Below, piece by piece: positions 1-12,376 of a stretch of 64,000 bases of DNA. Source of the DNA: Lama glama (Eukaryota); the NCBI GenBank assembly GCA_028534125.1, contig CM052818.1, positions 40,550,001 to 40,614,000 of the forward strand, read 5' to 3'. The stretch's first letter is position 1, and each line of letters opens with the position of its first letter. Both the position numbers and the translations under genes were made by a program. Under the pieces are notes generated by a model. That model did not search any database and was not told the origin of the DNA. It saw only the letters and a program-made list of their open reading frames with translations.

Positions 1-1234
1 TTTTTATTCCATATATGAATAATTAATTTGTTCATTTATACATAGAAATTCTGTTCCTACATGTCATTCCCATTTTATACACAGTGGTTTGTAAGATAGA
101 ATCTTGAAGAAAAGCTGAACTTAAGATTGATATGAAAGACAATATTTTGGAGCAAGTACGGTGTTTAATACATCTGAGAGTCCTAACATGTTTTGGGTAA
201 GTCAAATTCTATTTTCCATAGACTTACACTGTCATCTCAAGGTTTCATGAGTCTCACAGAAGCACACTTTTCAAAGGCAGCATCTATTAGCCTTAAACTA
301 CAGTGGGTAGTGTGATGGGGCAAGATCAGCTTAAACTAATAAATGAAATCTTTATCACGAGCACAAGAAGCCCATGGAGGAGCCTTTGGTCATTCTCTAG
401 AAGTTGACAATGTTCGTGTGCTGGGAGAGATGTTAGTACAGGACTCCCAATTCATAAACAATGGTGAATGGGAACTTAAGTCGATTTATTGTTAACTCTG
501 TAGCAAGTAGAACAGTTGCTCTATGCTGGAATATTTGGTTACAGCAAAGGAAATAAAAGCATGAGAAAATGGGAAAGATAATTTGTTAAAAAAAATATGG
601 ATCCTTCTGGAAAGCTATAACAGATTGTGAGATGTGACCACAGGCAGGCCATTTCCTCTCTTTGGGCTTTTTTCTTCCAGCCTGAAGCAAACAGAAGCAA
701 TTTGCATAGATGGTGCCCAGATCACCTTACAATTCTAATAATATGTGAGTTAGAAATCTTACACAATATACATTATGCTGACAATAAGTTTGCCTTTACA
801 TACAGTCCACTTCTGTCATTGCTTATGGCAATGAATTGCTAAGAACTGAGTCTAAATAGACAACTTTATGCATAATTAGTTATCATAGAAATGTGAGCCT
901 CTCCTTTGACTATGTAATGGGATCAGTTTCTTTAAAACTAAAAAGTAAGTGGAGGCAGGGGCACCAAAGGGCAGTGTCTAGATGATACTGGCTTTTCAGA
1001 AACAAAGCTCAAATAAAAGGTAAGAAAAGATGAAGGAAAAGAACCATTTCTCACAGCTGCCAAAAGCTTTTCTCCAAGAAACAGACACCTTCCTTCACCC
1101 TCAAGATGCGGCCTGTTGGTGACCCTCCCTAGGAGCTATAGCAACTTTTGGTATTTTAGGAGCAGCTTTCTGTTGTTATAAGGGTTTTGTCAAATGCTTG
1201 ACACATTAACAGGAATGCTATCCTGGCCACGTGT

Positions 1235-1315
1235 AAATTCTGACTCTGCTTGGAACTAACTCTATGGCCTGAGCAAGACATCATCCCTGAGCCTTCATTG
1301 ACTTATCTTCATGTC
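1235..1315 (+). mobile_element. MIR SINE fragment (degenerate)
   Basis: aattctgactctgc...ggcctgagcaagac...ctgagccttcattg resembles the MIR core; boundaries approximate. Confidence 0.45.
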
Positions 1316-1709
1316 TGTTATGAGAAACAGAAATACCCGGGGACAATGCTTGGCAATGATTAAGAGACAGGGATTAGGGACTCTTACTTTACTTGCTACC
1401 AGCAATCAACCTCAGAGTCAGCCAAATATGTGCCTCAAATAACTCTTACCTACTGTTGTTATTCTTCAAGTGGCATGATTAATAAAAATACACATAGATG
1501 ATGGAGCCATTGACAAAGTTTCCATTGCTAAAGGGATATTTTGACACAGTGACTTCATTACTGGCATACCCTTTGACCAAGAATAATCTAGTTCAACTTT
1601 AAAGCAATTCCACCTAAGTAGCAGTTCACAGATTCTAAGAACATTACCTCACATGAAAAACCAAGGAAATAGAGCAGGTATGGATGTCTCCAGGTTCTAG
1701 ACAAGTAAG

Positions 1710-1810
1710 TAAGGGCTCAGGAAAGGTGTTCCCCCCAAGGTCACATAGGAAACAAAGTCTGGGATGAGGCTGAAACCTGGATCTCTGGACTCCAATATAG
1801 CACTTCTTTA
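1710..1810 (-). mobile_element. MIR SINE fragment
   Basis: cccaaggtcacatag...ggctgaaacctggatctctggactcc...cacttcttt matches the reverse-complement MIR 5' part. Confidence 0.55.
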
Positions 1811-1941
1811 TTTGTACTTATCTACCTTTCTTGTTCATGCCTGTATGCAGAAAAACAAAGATTAAGTATAATAACCATTTTCCCCAATATAAAAAGAAAA
1901 TGGCTCTGAACTCTACAATTTACCTCACATCAATAAATCAC

Positions 1942-1974
1942 CACACACACACACATACACATATACACACACAC
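1942..1974. repeat. (CA)n microsatellite, interrupted
   Basis: cacacacacacacatacacatatacacacacac seen directly. Confidence 0.95.
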
Positions 1975-3736
1975 AAATTTTAGTCTAACATATTAGATAA
2001 TAAAATATATTAGTAAATTTCATCTGGGTTTTCATTTGATGATTTGTCTTGAAGCATAAAGGTGATTTCTTGTGTGATATCTTATTCTAATACCAAATGA
2101 CAGGGAGTTTATTAGTGACATTTTAGAAGACATGCACTCATTTGCATTAGAAGCTGCTGCAGCCCAAGGAAAATTGGAAATGGAATACATCTTCCATAAA
2201 AAGAAAGGTCACAATTGGCTATTCACCAGAGAGATTTAAATTTTTTAATACCACAACACAGCCAAGGTGACAGTGGAATGTTACAGGTGTGAGAAAAAAG
2301 TAACTCATTTTACCATGCAGAATTTAGAAAGAAAATGAGCAAAGAGCTCTGTGGCAAATTAAGGGGCTTATCACCCCTCCTCACCAAAAAAAATAAGGTT
2401 ATTATCATGCTGAATTATATAGTTCTGCAAATCTAGCACACAGAGCTGTGGCTGATAGCCATACCAGAAAGAGAGACTAAAGGTAATTGGTTACCACGGT
2501 ATAAATCGTTTTGGAACACAGATGAATTATCTGTCTCGCTTTGATTTTTAAAGTTATTGGCTTGGATGCAGGCCATTATGATAAGTTTGCAAAGTTTATT
2601 TCTCTGATGTTCTGTATGATATTTTAGTCAGAGAATAAAACTTAGTTACTTTCTTTGAGAGAATGGTTCTGGAAATTTTTTTCTATTTTGTTCATTGGTT
2701 GTTGTTGTTGTCTTATATCTTGTATGGCAAACACATGGTCAAAACCACTATGGAGAGACCAATAGCGAAGTCATTTACATGCTAATAAGACAACTCAATT
2801 GGTGCATGAGCTCCTCTGTAGAGTCACCAAGTAGATCCAGATGTACCGACAGGCTATTCAAAGACCATTCTGTAATGACGAATCTGCTACCAAAAAGAGG
2901 AAACAAAGTCACATAAGTGAATCCACTTGTATCCAATTCACAGATAAGTTGCTTAAAAATGACTGGTGCTGATTAAAGATTGTTATCTATCTTAGAAGTT
3001 CAAAGTCACTGTCCTCTAAGGTTTGATCTTTTAATTAATGTCTGCAAAGGTTACTTTGCTCCTTATCTGGAGGAAACACACAGAAGGTAAAGATAATGTG
3101 AGTCTATAAACACAAACATATACACACTCTAATGAATACATCCCACGAGACGAGAAGAGTAAAACTTTAGTAACTATGATTTATAGCTATATTTTGCCTA
3201 TGAGCTTATGGTAACAGATGGTGAGAGGAAATAGCAAATTAACGTGCACATTCTTTTTTTTAAAGGAGAAATGATATTAAATCTAGAAAATCAGAGTGAG
3301 TGACCCGTTTTAAGTGTGCTCACCTAGATCTCTATGCGGGTATGTTAATTATAATAATATATCTTTCCTAAAAGAAAAAAAATAGCATGACTTAACACAG
3401 TTCCTCCACAGTGAGATCATTTATACTTACCTGGAAGAAATATGAACTCTATGAGCCAACCTGACAAATCTTCCTGTATCTCTCCAGCCTATTCCTCTAG
3501 TTCCCTTTATGATAAGGGAGTCTTGTATAAGTGCTTACATGTCCGTGGCTTTTCTATAGCCTAGTGATTACTGACGAGACTGTGACGGCTCCCCCTACGA
3601 AGGATGTACTGCTTCACGGCGGTCAGATCCTAATTCCTTGATAAGAACCAGTCCCTATGAAAGCACTACATGTCCGTAGAATGGCAAAGCAAAAAGTGTG
3701 CATAGTAAAACTCTTCTGTTGCCTGTTTTACTACCG

Positions 3737-3840
3737 ATCTCGCCCAGAAATACCCTCAAAGACATACCCAGAAATGATATTTATCAGTGATGTGAGCATC
3801 CTTTGGCTCAGTCAAGCTGACTCATAAAATTAGCCATCAC
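3737..3840 (-). mobile_element. MLT2-type (ERVL) LTR, 5' fragment
   Basis: ccctcaaagacatacccagaaatgata...cagtcaagctgactcataaaattagccatcac is the reverse complement of the MLT2 start (tgtgatggttaattttatgtgtcaacttgactgg). Confidence 0.8.
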
Positions 3841-5609
3841 TCTTATTCCCAAAATTAATCAGGATAATTATAAAATACATTCAAAGGGATTTCAAGTCAT
3901 TCTCTAAGTCAATGTACAATTTACAAATCAATTTTTAAAACATTGTTGGTCATTTTACTCTTTTTATTTTAACTGATTAGCAAGATAGCTGAAATAGCAA
4001 CAACTACAAACCTTCTAGAGGATACATGCTGCCCTGCTGTGTAGAATGCTGTGGCAGGCCTGTGACAGTCTCCTTTGACTATATTTTAGAGTTCCCTGGT
4101 AGAGAAGTAAGTGAGAACATCGCACCATATTCCAGGCACTAAGAAGACAGAACAACATCTGTTCAATCTCATGGTTCATTCCCATTTGGGTGCAAACTGC
4201 TCCCTACAAGCAGCTACCCTTGTCAGTCAACTCCTTTTCCTGAAATCAATTAAATCTATAAACATCCCCCCAAAAGGCTCATTTAGTTCCTGCTGATGCT
4301 ACTCCAAAGCACGGTGTGCACTAATTGGCCTCATTAATTGAGTAATCATGGGAATGGAATGTAAATAATTCACACACAGGTTCTGTGGAATACACGTACT
4401 GTTTTATGCTAGAGATCTCAGTTTTCCCTTCCTCACTGCAAAAACGTGAAGCACATTTGCAGTCTGTGAATCCACTTTTGCAGGCTGTCCCAGGAGAATT
4501 CAAGTTTGACAAAAACACCTCCTCCCTGCAAGCATTAGGCTTTACCTAAAAAAAAAAAAGCTAATGGTTTGGGGCTAATTAGCCTGATAAATAATTATTT
4601 AATATATGTATATTTATTCACCCCCATGTGTACATCAACAAAATATCACTTAAGTACTTTGAAAGATCTTGTTCAATTTCAATACTTATAGGGTAGTCTA
4701 AAGAGGAGAAAATTACACAACTGAGCTCTCCAATTAAATGTTTGTGGACCCTGGGCATATATTATCAAGGACATGGGGGTGGAGGTGGTAGAAGAAATTG
4801 AGAGCTTTGAATATCTCAGGACCTTAAGGAACAGATTCATTTCCAATATCAATTCCCAACGAGAGCCAAGGTTCAAGGCTGAACATCCTCCTCTGGGAGA
4901 GATTATTGTGTTGGTAATAAGAAGAACATCCTTCTGCCAGGGCTATGATATAGGGATGGAGAACAGAGCACTGAGCACTTGTGAGGTTAGCAGCAGGGAG
5001 GAAGGCATAGAGAACAAAAGACAAAAGGGATCAAGTGGAGCTGCAATGCTAGTGCCTGGGAAGTATAGGCGTAACCGTGTCACCTGCCATCCCTCAGGCA
5101 GAGACACAGGGATTGTTACCTCTCTCTTCCTTTCCTACTGGGGCCAGCTCTGTAGCAGAGCAGAATTGGTAGAGGCAGTACTGAGGTCTGGCGAATGGGC
5201 TGAATAAAGAAGCATTCTCTAACCAAGGAATACATCTGTCAACACAGCCAGACCAGTGGCCACAGTGTGCTCATTCTTTTGAACAATTCTGACTAATATG
5301 CATAGTCAATATTCACCAGTCAGTGAATACCCAACATGCTGATATAAGGCTGAGTGTTCCTTAACTGTTCAGTTTCCTAAATGCAAATGCTCCAGTTTAT
5401 GGAGATTAATCAACAGTACTGTCATCAGACCTGCTTGTCACAGTCACTGTTTGTGGATTTAGCCTTGGCTTAATAAAATACATCATAGACCCATGTTTAC
5501 AAGAGGGATAGGAATTTTTTTCCTAGTAATGTCTTCTAATCCACAAGAAAAGCAAAATTAATCAAGAGTTAGAAATGGATAAAAAGTTATATTATCTTCC
5601 CCATATAAA

Positions 5610-5740
5610 ATATATTTAATTTTAGTCTTTAACTTAAATATATCTAATATTTAATTTAGATATTAATATTAATATCTAATATTAATATTAAATTCCATAG
5701 ACTATTTTAAATTACATGCATTAATTTAATACATTAAATG
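5610..5740. repeat. AT-rich low-complexity tract with a perfect 24-bp palindrome (5656-5679)
   Basis: TTAGATATTAATATTAATATCTAA equals its own reverse complement. Confidence 0.9.
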
Positions 5741-6649
5741 GCTCTTCTTTCAGTTAGAAAAAAGAAGGTAACCCTTTATTCCAAGAGATAGCAAATGAAT
5801 ACTGAATAAATAAATAGTTGATGCTAAATAAATATATAAAAGTTAGAGTCCCACTGTGATCTGATACAGAATAGAGATAGTGATCTGGTGAGATAGTGAT
5901 CTGGCAAGACAGGTGAGAAGCAAAAAAAGAGATTAAAATGAGGAAGGTAAAAAGGAATAAAATACAGAAGTAGTAGTCACGATAGATACAAAGTAATAAT
6001 TGAAAAAAGCTAGAGATCATAAGAGAGAGAATGGAGAAATAAAAAAGCTTAGGGACTTAGGGAGAAAAATACCAAGATAGTCTAGATGAATATATATAGG
6101 GTGAGACAAGTGTAGCCAAAGGGAGAGGAGAAATGTAGAGTGAGAAGTGAAGAAACAGAACAATTAGGTTGCTAATGCAATCAATTTCTGCTCTTCATCA
6201 CAGAGCCAGTTTCTCATCGGCACTGCAAATCTTGAAGTATTTTGTCATCTTCACTACACTGGGAAAGAAATATTACTGGTATTTGAGTCATTGTTTATTT
6301 ATACATGTAACAAATAATAATTACTCTCATGGGTAAAGCATTGTTCCAGGCACTGGGGCAAACTTGCTAATGCTAAAGTCTCATGCAGTCTATTTCCTAG
6401 GGTGGACACAGTTCAATCTTCGTGGAGTGTGTGAGGTTGTGATAGTGGGAGGGATGGGAGGGTAGGTTGCTGGTTGAAGCAACAGAGACCCAGTATAGAC
6501 TGGCAGTATATCTCACTTTATAGAAATCAATCAATCTGTAATATTAATTTTATCCAGATAATTTAGCTAATAAGTAGCTTAAAAAGAATTTTAACCCAAA
6601 TCTGTCTAATCTAGTCAATAACAATCTAAATTCACATAATCAGGGTTCC

Positions 6650-7078
6650 GTATTTGAAGGAATAATGGCTGAAAACATCCCAAATTTGGAGAAAGACTTA
6701 AAATAAAGATTTTAAAAGCTAAGAGAATTTCAAGTACAGTAAGCCCAAAGAAATCCATGTCAAGACATATCATAATTCAATACTAAACACTAAAAACAAA
6801 GGCACTGGCTCAAAAGATACCAGACAGAAATAAGGCATTATCTATAGAGAAATGCCAATTTGAATTACAAATTTCTCATCTGAAACAATGGAGGACAGAG
6901 AGTAGTGACACAGTATTTTTCAAATGCTGAAAGAAAAGAATTCTTAACTGCAAAGGAATGAAGGGGGAATAAAAATATTCTCAGATGAAAGCAAACTGTG
7001 AGAATTTGTCACTTCAAAGATATACCCTTCAAGAGTGGCTAAAGGAAATTCTTCAAACAGAAAGGAAATGGTAAATAA
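6650..7078 (+). mobile_element. Ancient LINE-1 ORF1 fragment (L1M4/L1MC-like)
   Basis: gaataatggctgaaaacatcccaaattt...agacatatcataatt...ttctcatctgaaacaatggagg...gagaatttgtcac...ctaaaggaaattcttcaaacagaaaggaaatg are typical of the L1 ORF1 3' half. Confidence 0.85.
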
Positions 7079-8742
7079 GGACTGAATACCCAGGTTGTTC
7101 ACAGATGACTTTAAAGCGCCCATTGAAAAGCAGAACTTGCGGTAGTTTGCTTGGCTGACATGCTATCCAAACGCAACTGATCTGATAGTATTTCTCCCTC
7201 AATTGTCTCGGTGTAATGATTATTTCAGAATCTGGCAGTACAACTTCCAAGATTTTCATTCCTTTCTGCCCTCAGATAAGGTGGTACCTATCTAAGAATA
7301 CACATCGGCACTCTAAGATCGGTAAACATCAGCCTTTGAGACGCCTCACACCCGTGATCAGCATGTCTGCACGGGGTGGAGGGGGCAGCATAAGAAAGTC
7401 ACATGGCATGTAATCTCAGTGGAATGACAGCACCTGAGGTATCTGACAATATACAAGAGAATTTTTTTTTTGTATTTTGAAATTGAGAAAGTTATTATTA
7501 TTAACCCAAGGATGCAAAGAAAAGAAAACCAATGATTTCTGTGATCACACCTTCAGAGCATTTTGTGGCTTTCCAAAGAAAATGTGAAATACACAAATGT
7601 GGACTATGTTAAGAGAAACATAAGAATTTTTCATACCATTTCTGTATACTTTTCCATGAGAAAACTTTAACTTCTCACCTCCTTAAGAAATAAAGTAGTG
7701 ACCTAGAAGTTGTAAAAAAAAAAAGGGGGGGGGGCTTCTGAACCTAGAGGTCGTATGAGGAAGTAATGAAGTACATTGGGAGGAAAACTGAAAATGGGAG
7801 TAACTGTCAAAGAGACTCAAGATTCAATCCTCTCTGCCTCTATCTCATCATAAAACACTGGACCACTCACTTGTTCTCTCTAGACCGTGAAAAAATGACA
7901 GAGTACATTCTGAAATCAATGGATGGGAGTGATTTTTGATACATCAGGAGAAAATGCTTATCAGAACATTTACAATTTTACAGGAAAAGCAAGACAAACA
8001 TACATATCTTTTCTCCAAAAATCCCCAAAGCCAAACCCCCCCCCCAAAAAAACTGTATTTCATGATGGTGAGGCAGGTTGGAATGTGCAGTGGCAGGTTT
8101 CCTGATGGGCAGTTTGGCAGTGAGCTAAGTGGCCTGAAAACAGAGCCCCGAGTGTTCCCCACAAACCACCGTGTGTACCATGGGAAGTGTATTTCTGGAG
8201 ATCCGTATTGTTTGACAAGAGAAAAGGTAGTTCTCTCAATCAAAAATGAGGTAAAGCCACAACACTAAAATACGCAAATCATGTAGTTCTCCTTTATTCC
8301 CTCCCCCTACCAATGGCAGAGTTTCTATGAGACTGTTTATGGTTTTCTGAAGACTAAAGAGAAAATCAGAGTCTAAAACCAGATTGAAAAGTCAAGAATA
8401 TGTTTCCACACTTTCTGATTTTTTTCCAGGGTTGGACCAGTTATAAGATGTTGAAAAGTGAGTCATTAAAAAAAAGTTAACCTCAGAAGACTGAATTCTC
8501 CATCATCTGTTATTGACAAGTGTGTGTCTTTAATGCTTTTCTAAAGTGAAAGGATTGTCCTTCCGCCAAAAGAAATCAGATTTATTTTGGTACTGACCAA
8601 ATCTGTTCAAGCAAAAATTAGCCATCTAGTAACTTATACCATCTTTCAGAGGCTGTTTTTGGCCTTGAGAGTTTTGATTAAGTGCAGGTCCTAAGATACG
8701 AGGCAAATAGTCAATGTAGTCAGGAAAAGGTGGCTGTGGCTG

Positions 8743-9399
8743 TGTTGTCGATAGGTGCAACCGGTGTTCCAGGTTCTTGTCCCGTCCCAGAAAGAATTCA
8801 GAGACAAGACTTAGAGGTTAAAAAAGGTAAAGTGAGGATTTATTAAAGGATGGATAGTACACTCTCAGGGGAGAGCGGGCAGGCTCAGGTGAGCAGCTGC
8901 CCTGAGTTTCTTTGGCAAGTTAGTTACATAGGGTATAAAAATGAATGGGCGGAATATTCATTGGGGAGGGAAGAGTTTGGGGTCGTATTCCCTGATTATC
9001 ATCCTGACTCACCTTCCCAAAGGAAGGAGGGATTTTTGTCCTTATTTAGTCTGGATCGGAAGTGTCATGGCGTCGTTGCATGATGGGTACTTCTGATCTG
9101 CAAGGCTAATTTTATCGAAATGAGGGCATAATGAGCAAAAGGCTACATTCGGACACTAGAAATTCCTGCCTTTTCTCACCTTTGTTTGCTCTTCTCCAGG
9201 CCACTTGCCATCCCAAAAGTCACGATCCCTTATCAGCCCCAAGGTTCCTGCTTTTCTTTCTCTGCCCAAGGATCCCTGCTGCTCACATGATGTGTGGTTT
9301 CCTGCATTTGGCCTGTGCCCCTCCTTTCTGCCCAATTTCTGCCATTTGGTCTGTGTCCCCCTTTCTCTGCTCATATCTAGCTATCTGCCTGCTCTAACA
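8743..9399 (-). mobile_element. Solo LTR, ERV1-type, relatively young
   Basis: 657 bp; TGTT...AACA ends; perfect 4-bp TSD GCTG (8739-8742 / 9400-9403); AATAAA on minus strand at 8839-8844; about a dozen CpGs retained. Confidence 0.9.
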
Positions 9400-9750
9400 G
9401 CTGCATCTCTCCTGTCAACCAGCTGAATGACCTTGACCAATCTTTTAGCTTCTCAGTGTAACACACGTTGTAGTTTTGATTAAATATGTGCTGACGAAGA
9501 AATCCATCTGGGAAGTCTGAGAGTCACAGTTTAAATTGCAACATGAGAAATAAAAACAATTCCAGCAAAGATGAAGTCTCCTCCGTGTCTTGTTGATGTG
9601 GAATGATTAAGATCTTTACTAATCATGCCAAATTGTCCTCTGAGAAGGAAAAGGGACCCAGGTCACTATTGGAAAAAAATAACTGTCTGCAGGAATTTGA
9701 TTGTGAAGCAGGAGGAAGAGGATTAACGTACAATGAACACTGTGTTTGGA

Positions 9751-9880
9751 AGGTAGGTATTATACCAGTTTTACAGGTGAGAAAAATTGTGCTTCAAAGA
9801 ATTTATATGACCCTTTTGAGACTATTCTACTGGCAAATGGCAGAACCAGGAGTAAAATACAGACCAGAGTGACCACATTC
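9751..9880 (-). mobile_element. MIR SINE
   Basis: aggtaggtattataccagttttacaggtgagaaaa...aaatggcagaaccagga MIR core in reverse orientation. Confidence 0.75.
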
Positions 9881-10257
9881 TTTCCTGAATACCACACTGC
9901 ATCTTTCTATATAGGTCCAAGCATTATCACCAGTAACCGTGGAAAAGATTGATGAAAACCCATTTCTGGCCAAAGGAATGTACAGTTAAATACATTTAGT
10001 GGGGGAAATTGCACTTGTAAAGTAAGGCTAAATAATAATTGGATTGATAATAATTAATATTTAATCTCTGTTAATATGTCAGAAGGTCCCTACACTATTT
10101 TAAACAACCAAAAAAAGGAAAATGACTGCAGATCCCAAGGTTTTATAGTCTGAAAGAACAATCTGGAATGTGTTCAACTTTCTTGGTAAATAATTTTTTT
10201 TAAAGGAGTGAGAAAAGCAGAGATCTAGATCTTGAATCAACTCCAGGGACACAAGTC

Positions 10258-10536
10258 TCTGCTTAAATGTCTTTTCTTCCGAGAGGCTGGCCATGATTAC
10301 TATCTTAATAGCAGCCTTATCATGTCCTATCACTTTAACTGCTATTTCTCTTCAGAGGAAAACAGTACAACGTCTCTGCTAGGTACCTGTGTGTGAATCT
10401 ATCTCCCTGACTGAAATAAAATTTCCGTGAGGAAAAGGACCTCATGTTTTGTTTCGTCTTATTCTTTGTTATAGTCTCAGCCCTAGAAAAGTTCCAGGCA
10501 GCATGATTAGCACTTCCTGAGTACTTGTGAACTGAA
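10258..10536 (+). mobile_element. L2 LINE 3' fragment
   Basis: cttaaatgtcttttcttccgagagg...tccgtgaggaaaaggacc...cagccctagaaaagttccaggca L2 3'-end pattern. Confidence 0.65.
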
Positions 10537-10590
10537 AGTGTAAATGAAAGAGACTCACTTTCTCCCCAGGAGGGGTCTTACAAATCCTGG

Positions 10591-11210
10591 TGAGACAGGA
10601 AGGGGGCAGGGCACAGCCATTCAAGGAATAAGCCAGCTATTAACACCAGAATCGACCTCCAGGAGGCCTTGAGGCTCAAGATGATGGGAGATTTAACTCC
10701 TAGTGGAACTTGAGCTTCATTATATGCCTATTGTAATATATTGGCATGGTAAGTAACATGCCCACAGGCGCCATGACAGTCCCAAGGCTAGCCACAAAAG
10801 GTCAAAGAGTGGGAAATGGCCAACTTCCTGGGAATCCCAGCCCCGTCCCCAGGCTAGTTAGACTGATCCTTCCACTTATTAGCCTATGAAGCTACAGAGC
10901 CTGTAAAAACTGGCAACAAGGTGCCTCGAGGCCATCCCCCTTACTCTCTTCCTCTTCTGAGATGGCCCACACTCTGTCTACGGAGTGTGTACGTACTTTT
11001 AATCTGAGCACCCAACACCACACCTCGTGGCCTTTCTCTTGCCTTTCAATGTATCTCTCTAAATAAATCTACCTTTACTCAACTGTGGCTTGCTCTTGAA
11101 TTCTTTCTTGCACAAGCCAAGGACCCACAATGGGCGGGGCACGTCCCAGGGGCTCAACCGAGGCCTGGAACAGGCCCTCCTCATGCCTCACACCCATTTT
11201 TCCTGCATCA
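10591..11210 (+). mobile_element. Solo LTR, ERV1 (MER41-related)
   Basis: TGA...TCA ends; 4-bp flanks ctgg/atgg (1 mismatch); AATAAA at 11062-11067; cccacaggcgccatgacag and ttgaattctttcttgcacaagccaagga resemble MER41-group LTRs. Confidence 0.85.
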
Positions 11211-11841
11211 ATGGTGGCAACTCCACATTGGCCTAAGGGAGTGCTGCACCCCTCTTTAAACTCCTACCCCAGAAGAATCTCTGGTCTTAGTTTAATTCTC
11301 TGAAGCACAGCTGAGACCAGCTGGGACAACTAAATACAAATCTACTGAACTCTTAGTAATAAAAGAAGGGAATTAAACACTTCAGCAGGTGACTAGGTAA
11401 CAAGTTTGGCTGCTTCTCCAAAACCCACAGGCCCAGCATCACCGTCAGGAGGCCCAGGAGAGATGAGAAGGAACTCAAATTCTGCTCTGTCTTACCTGTG
11501 CTTCCTTCTCCAGCTTCTTGCTTTTCTCCGTCCTCTCACTGCACTCCAACAAATACGTATATGGACACAGACACACTTCCAAGGAGAAGACCCACAATGG
11601 AACCAGATACCTGTCTATAAAGGCACATTAGTTTGCGAGAAGAATGCAACATGGTGTGATTTTAGGGTACTCGGAAAGGCTCACCTGAGTCCCTGTTCCT
11701 AAAATAGTCATACTAAGGGATAATCTCTCAACCTTGAGTGAAACCTGCATCTCTGAGGCTAAGTTCCTTGTGAGGAGAGAAGACCAGACAGACATAGGTG
11801 ACTGGTCACAGCAGTGTCACACAAGTGGGATGGCAATGTCC

Positions 11842-12376
11842 ATGGCAGACTGCACTTCCCAAAGCTGGCTGCCACAGTGTCTCTCATCCCACATACTTTT
11901 CTGAAACATCTCTATCTCCTCCATCAAGAGGTGGAGTCTAATTCTCCTCCTATTGGGATGTGTTTGTGACTTGCTTATAACCAGTCAAATGCACCAGAAA
12001 TGAGGCTGAGTGATTTGTAAATGTCGGTTATGAAAGGCAATGCAGTTTCCACCTTGCTCGATAGAGTAATCACTTCAGCCTCCATGGAAGAAATCAAACT
12101 GATCTGAGCCACAAGACAGTGAGGAAGCCCAAGAGAGTCTACATGGTCACATAGGGAGAGGCTCAGATGACATGAGAAGAGAGATGCCCAGCCAGCCCCC
12201 GCAGCTGCAGCTCACTATTCCAACTCCAGCTACTATCAGACTGAAACCGCAGGAGTCACCAGCCAAGTCTTTCCTGAACTCTTGGCCCACAAAATCCACA
12301 AAAGATGATAAAGTATTCATTCTTTAAGACTCCAAGTTTTAAAATGATCTGTTGCAGGGCAACAGCCAACCAAAAT
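11842..12376 (+). mobile_element. MaLR LTR (MLT1F/G/H-like)
   Basis: ccatcaagaggtggagtcta, tgtgacttgctt, gtgaggaagcccaag, ttcctgaactcttggcccacaaaatc are MLT1 motifs. Confidence 0.85.

Noticed and set aside
3423..3434. ATACTTACCTGG, identical to the U1 snRNA 5' end
   Set aside because: The match stops after 12 nt with no U1 body. It is better read as a minus-strand splice donor.
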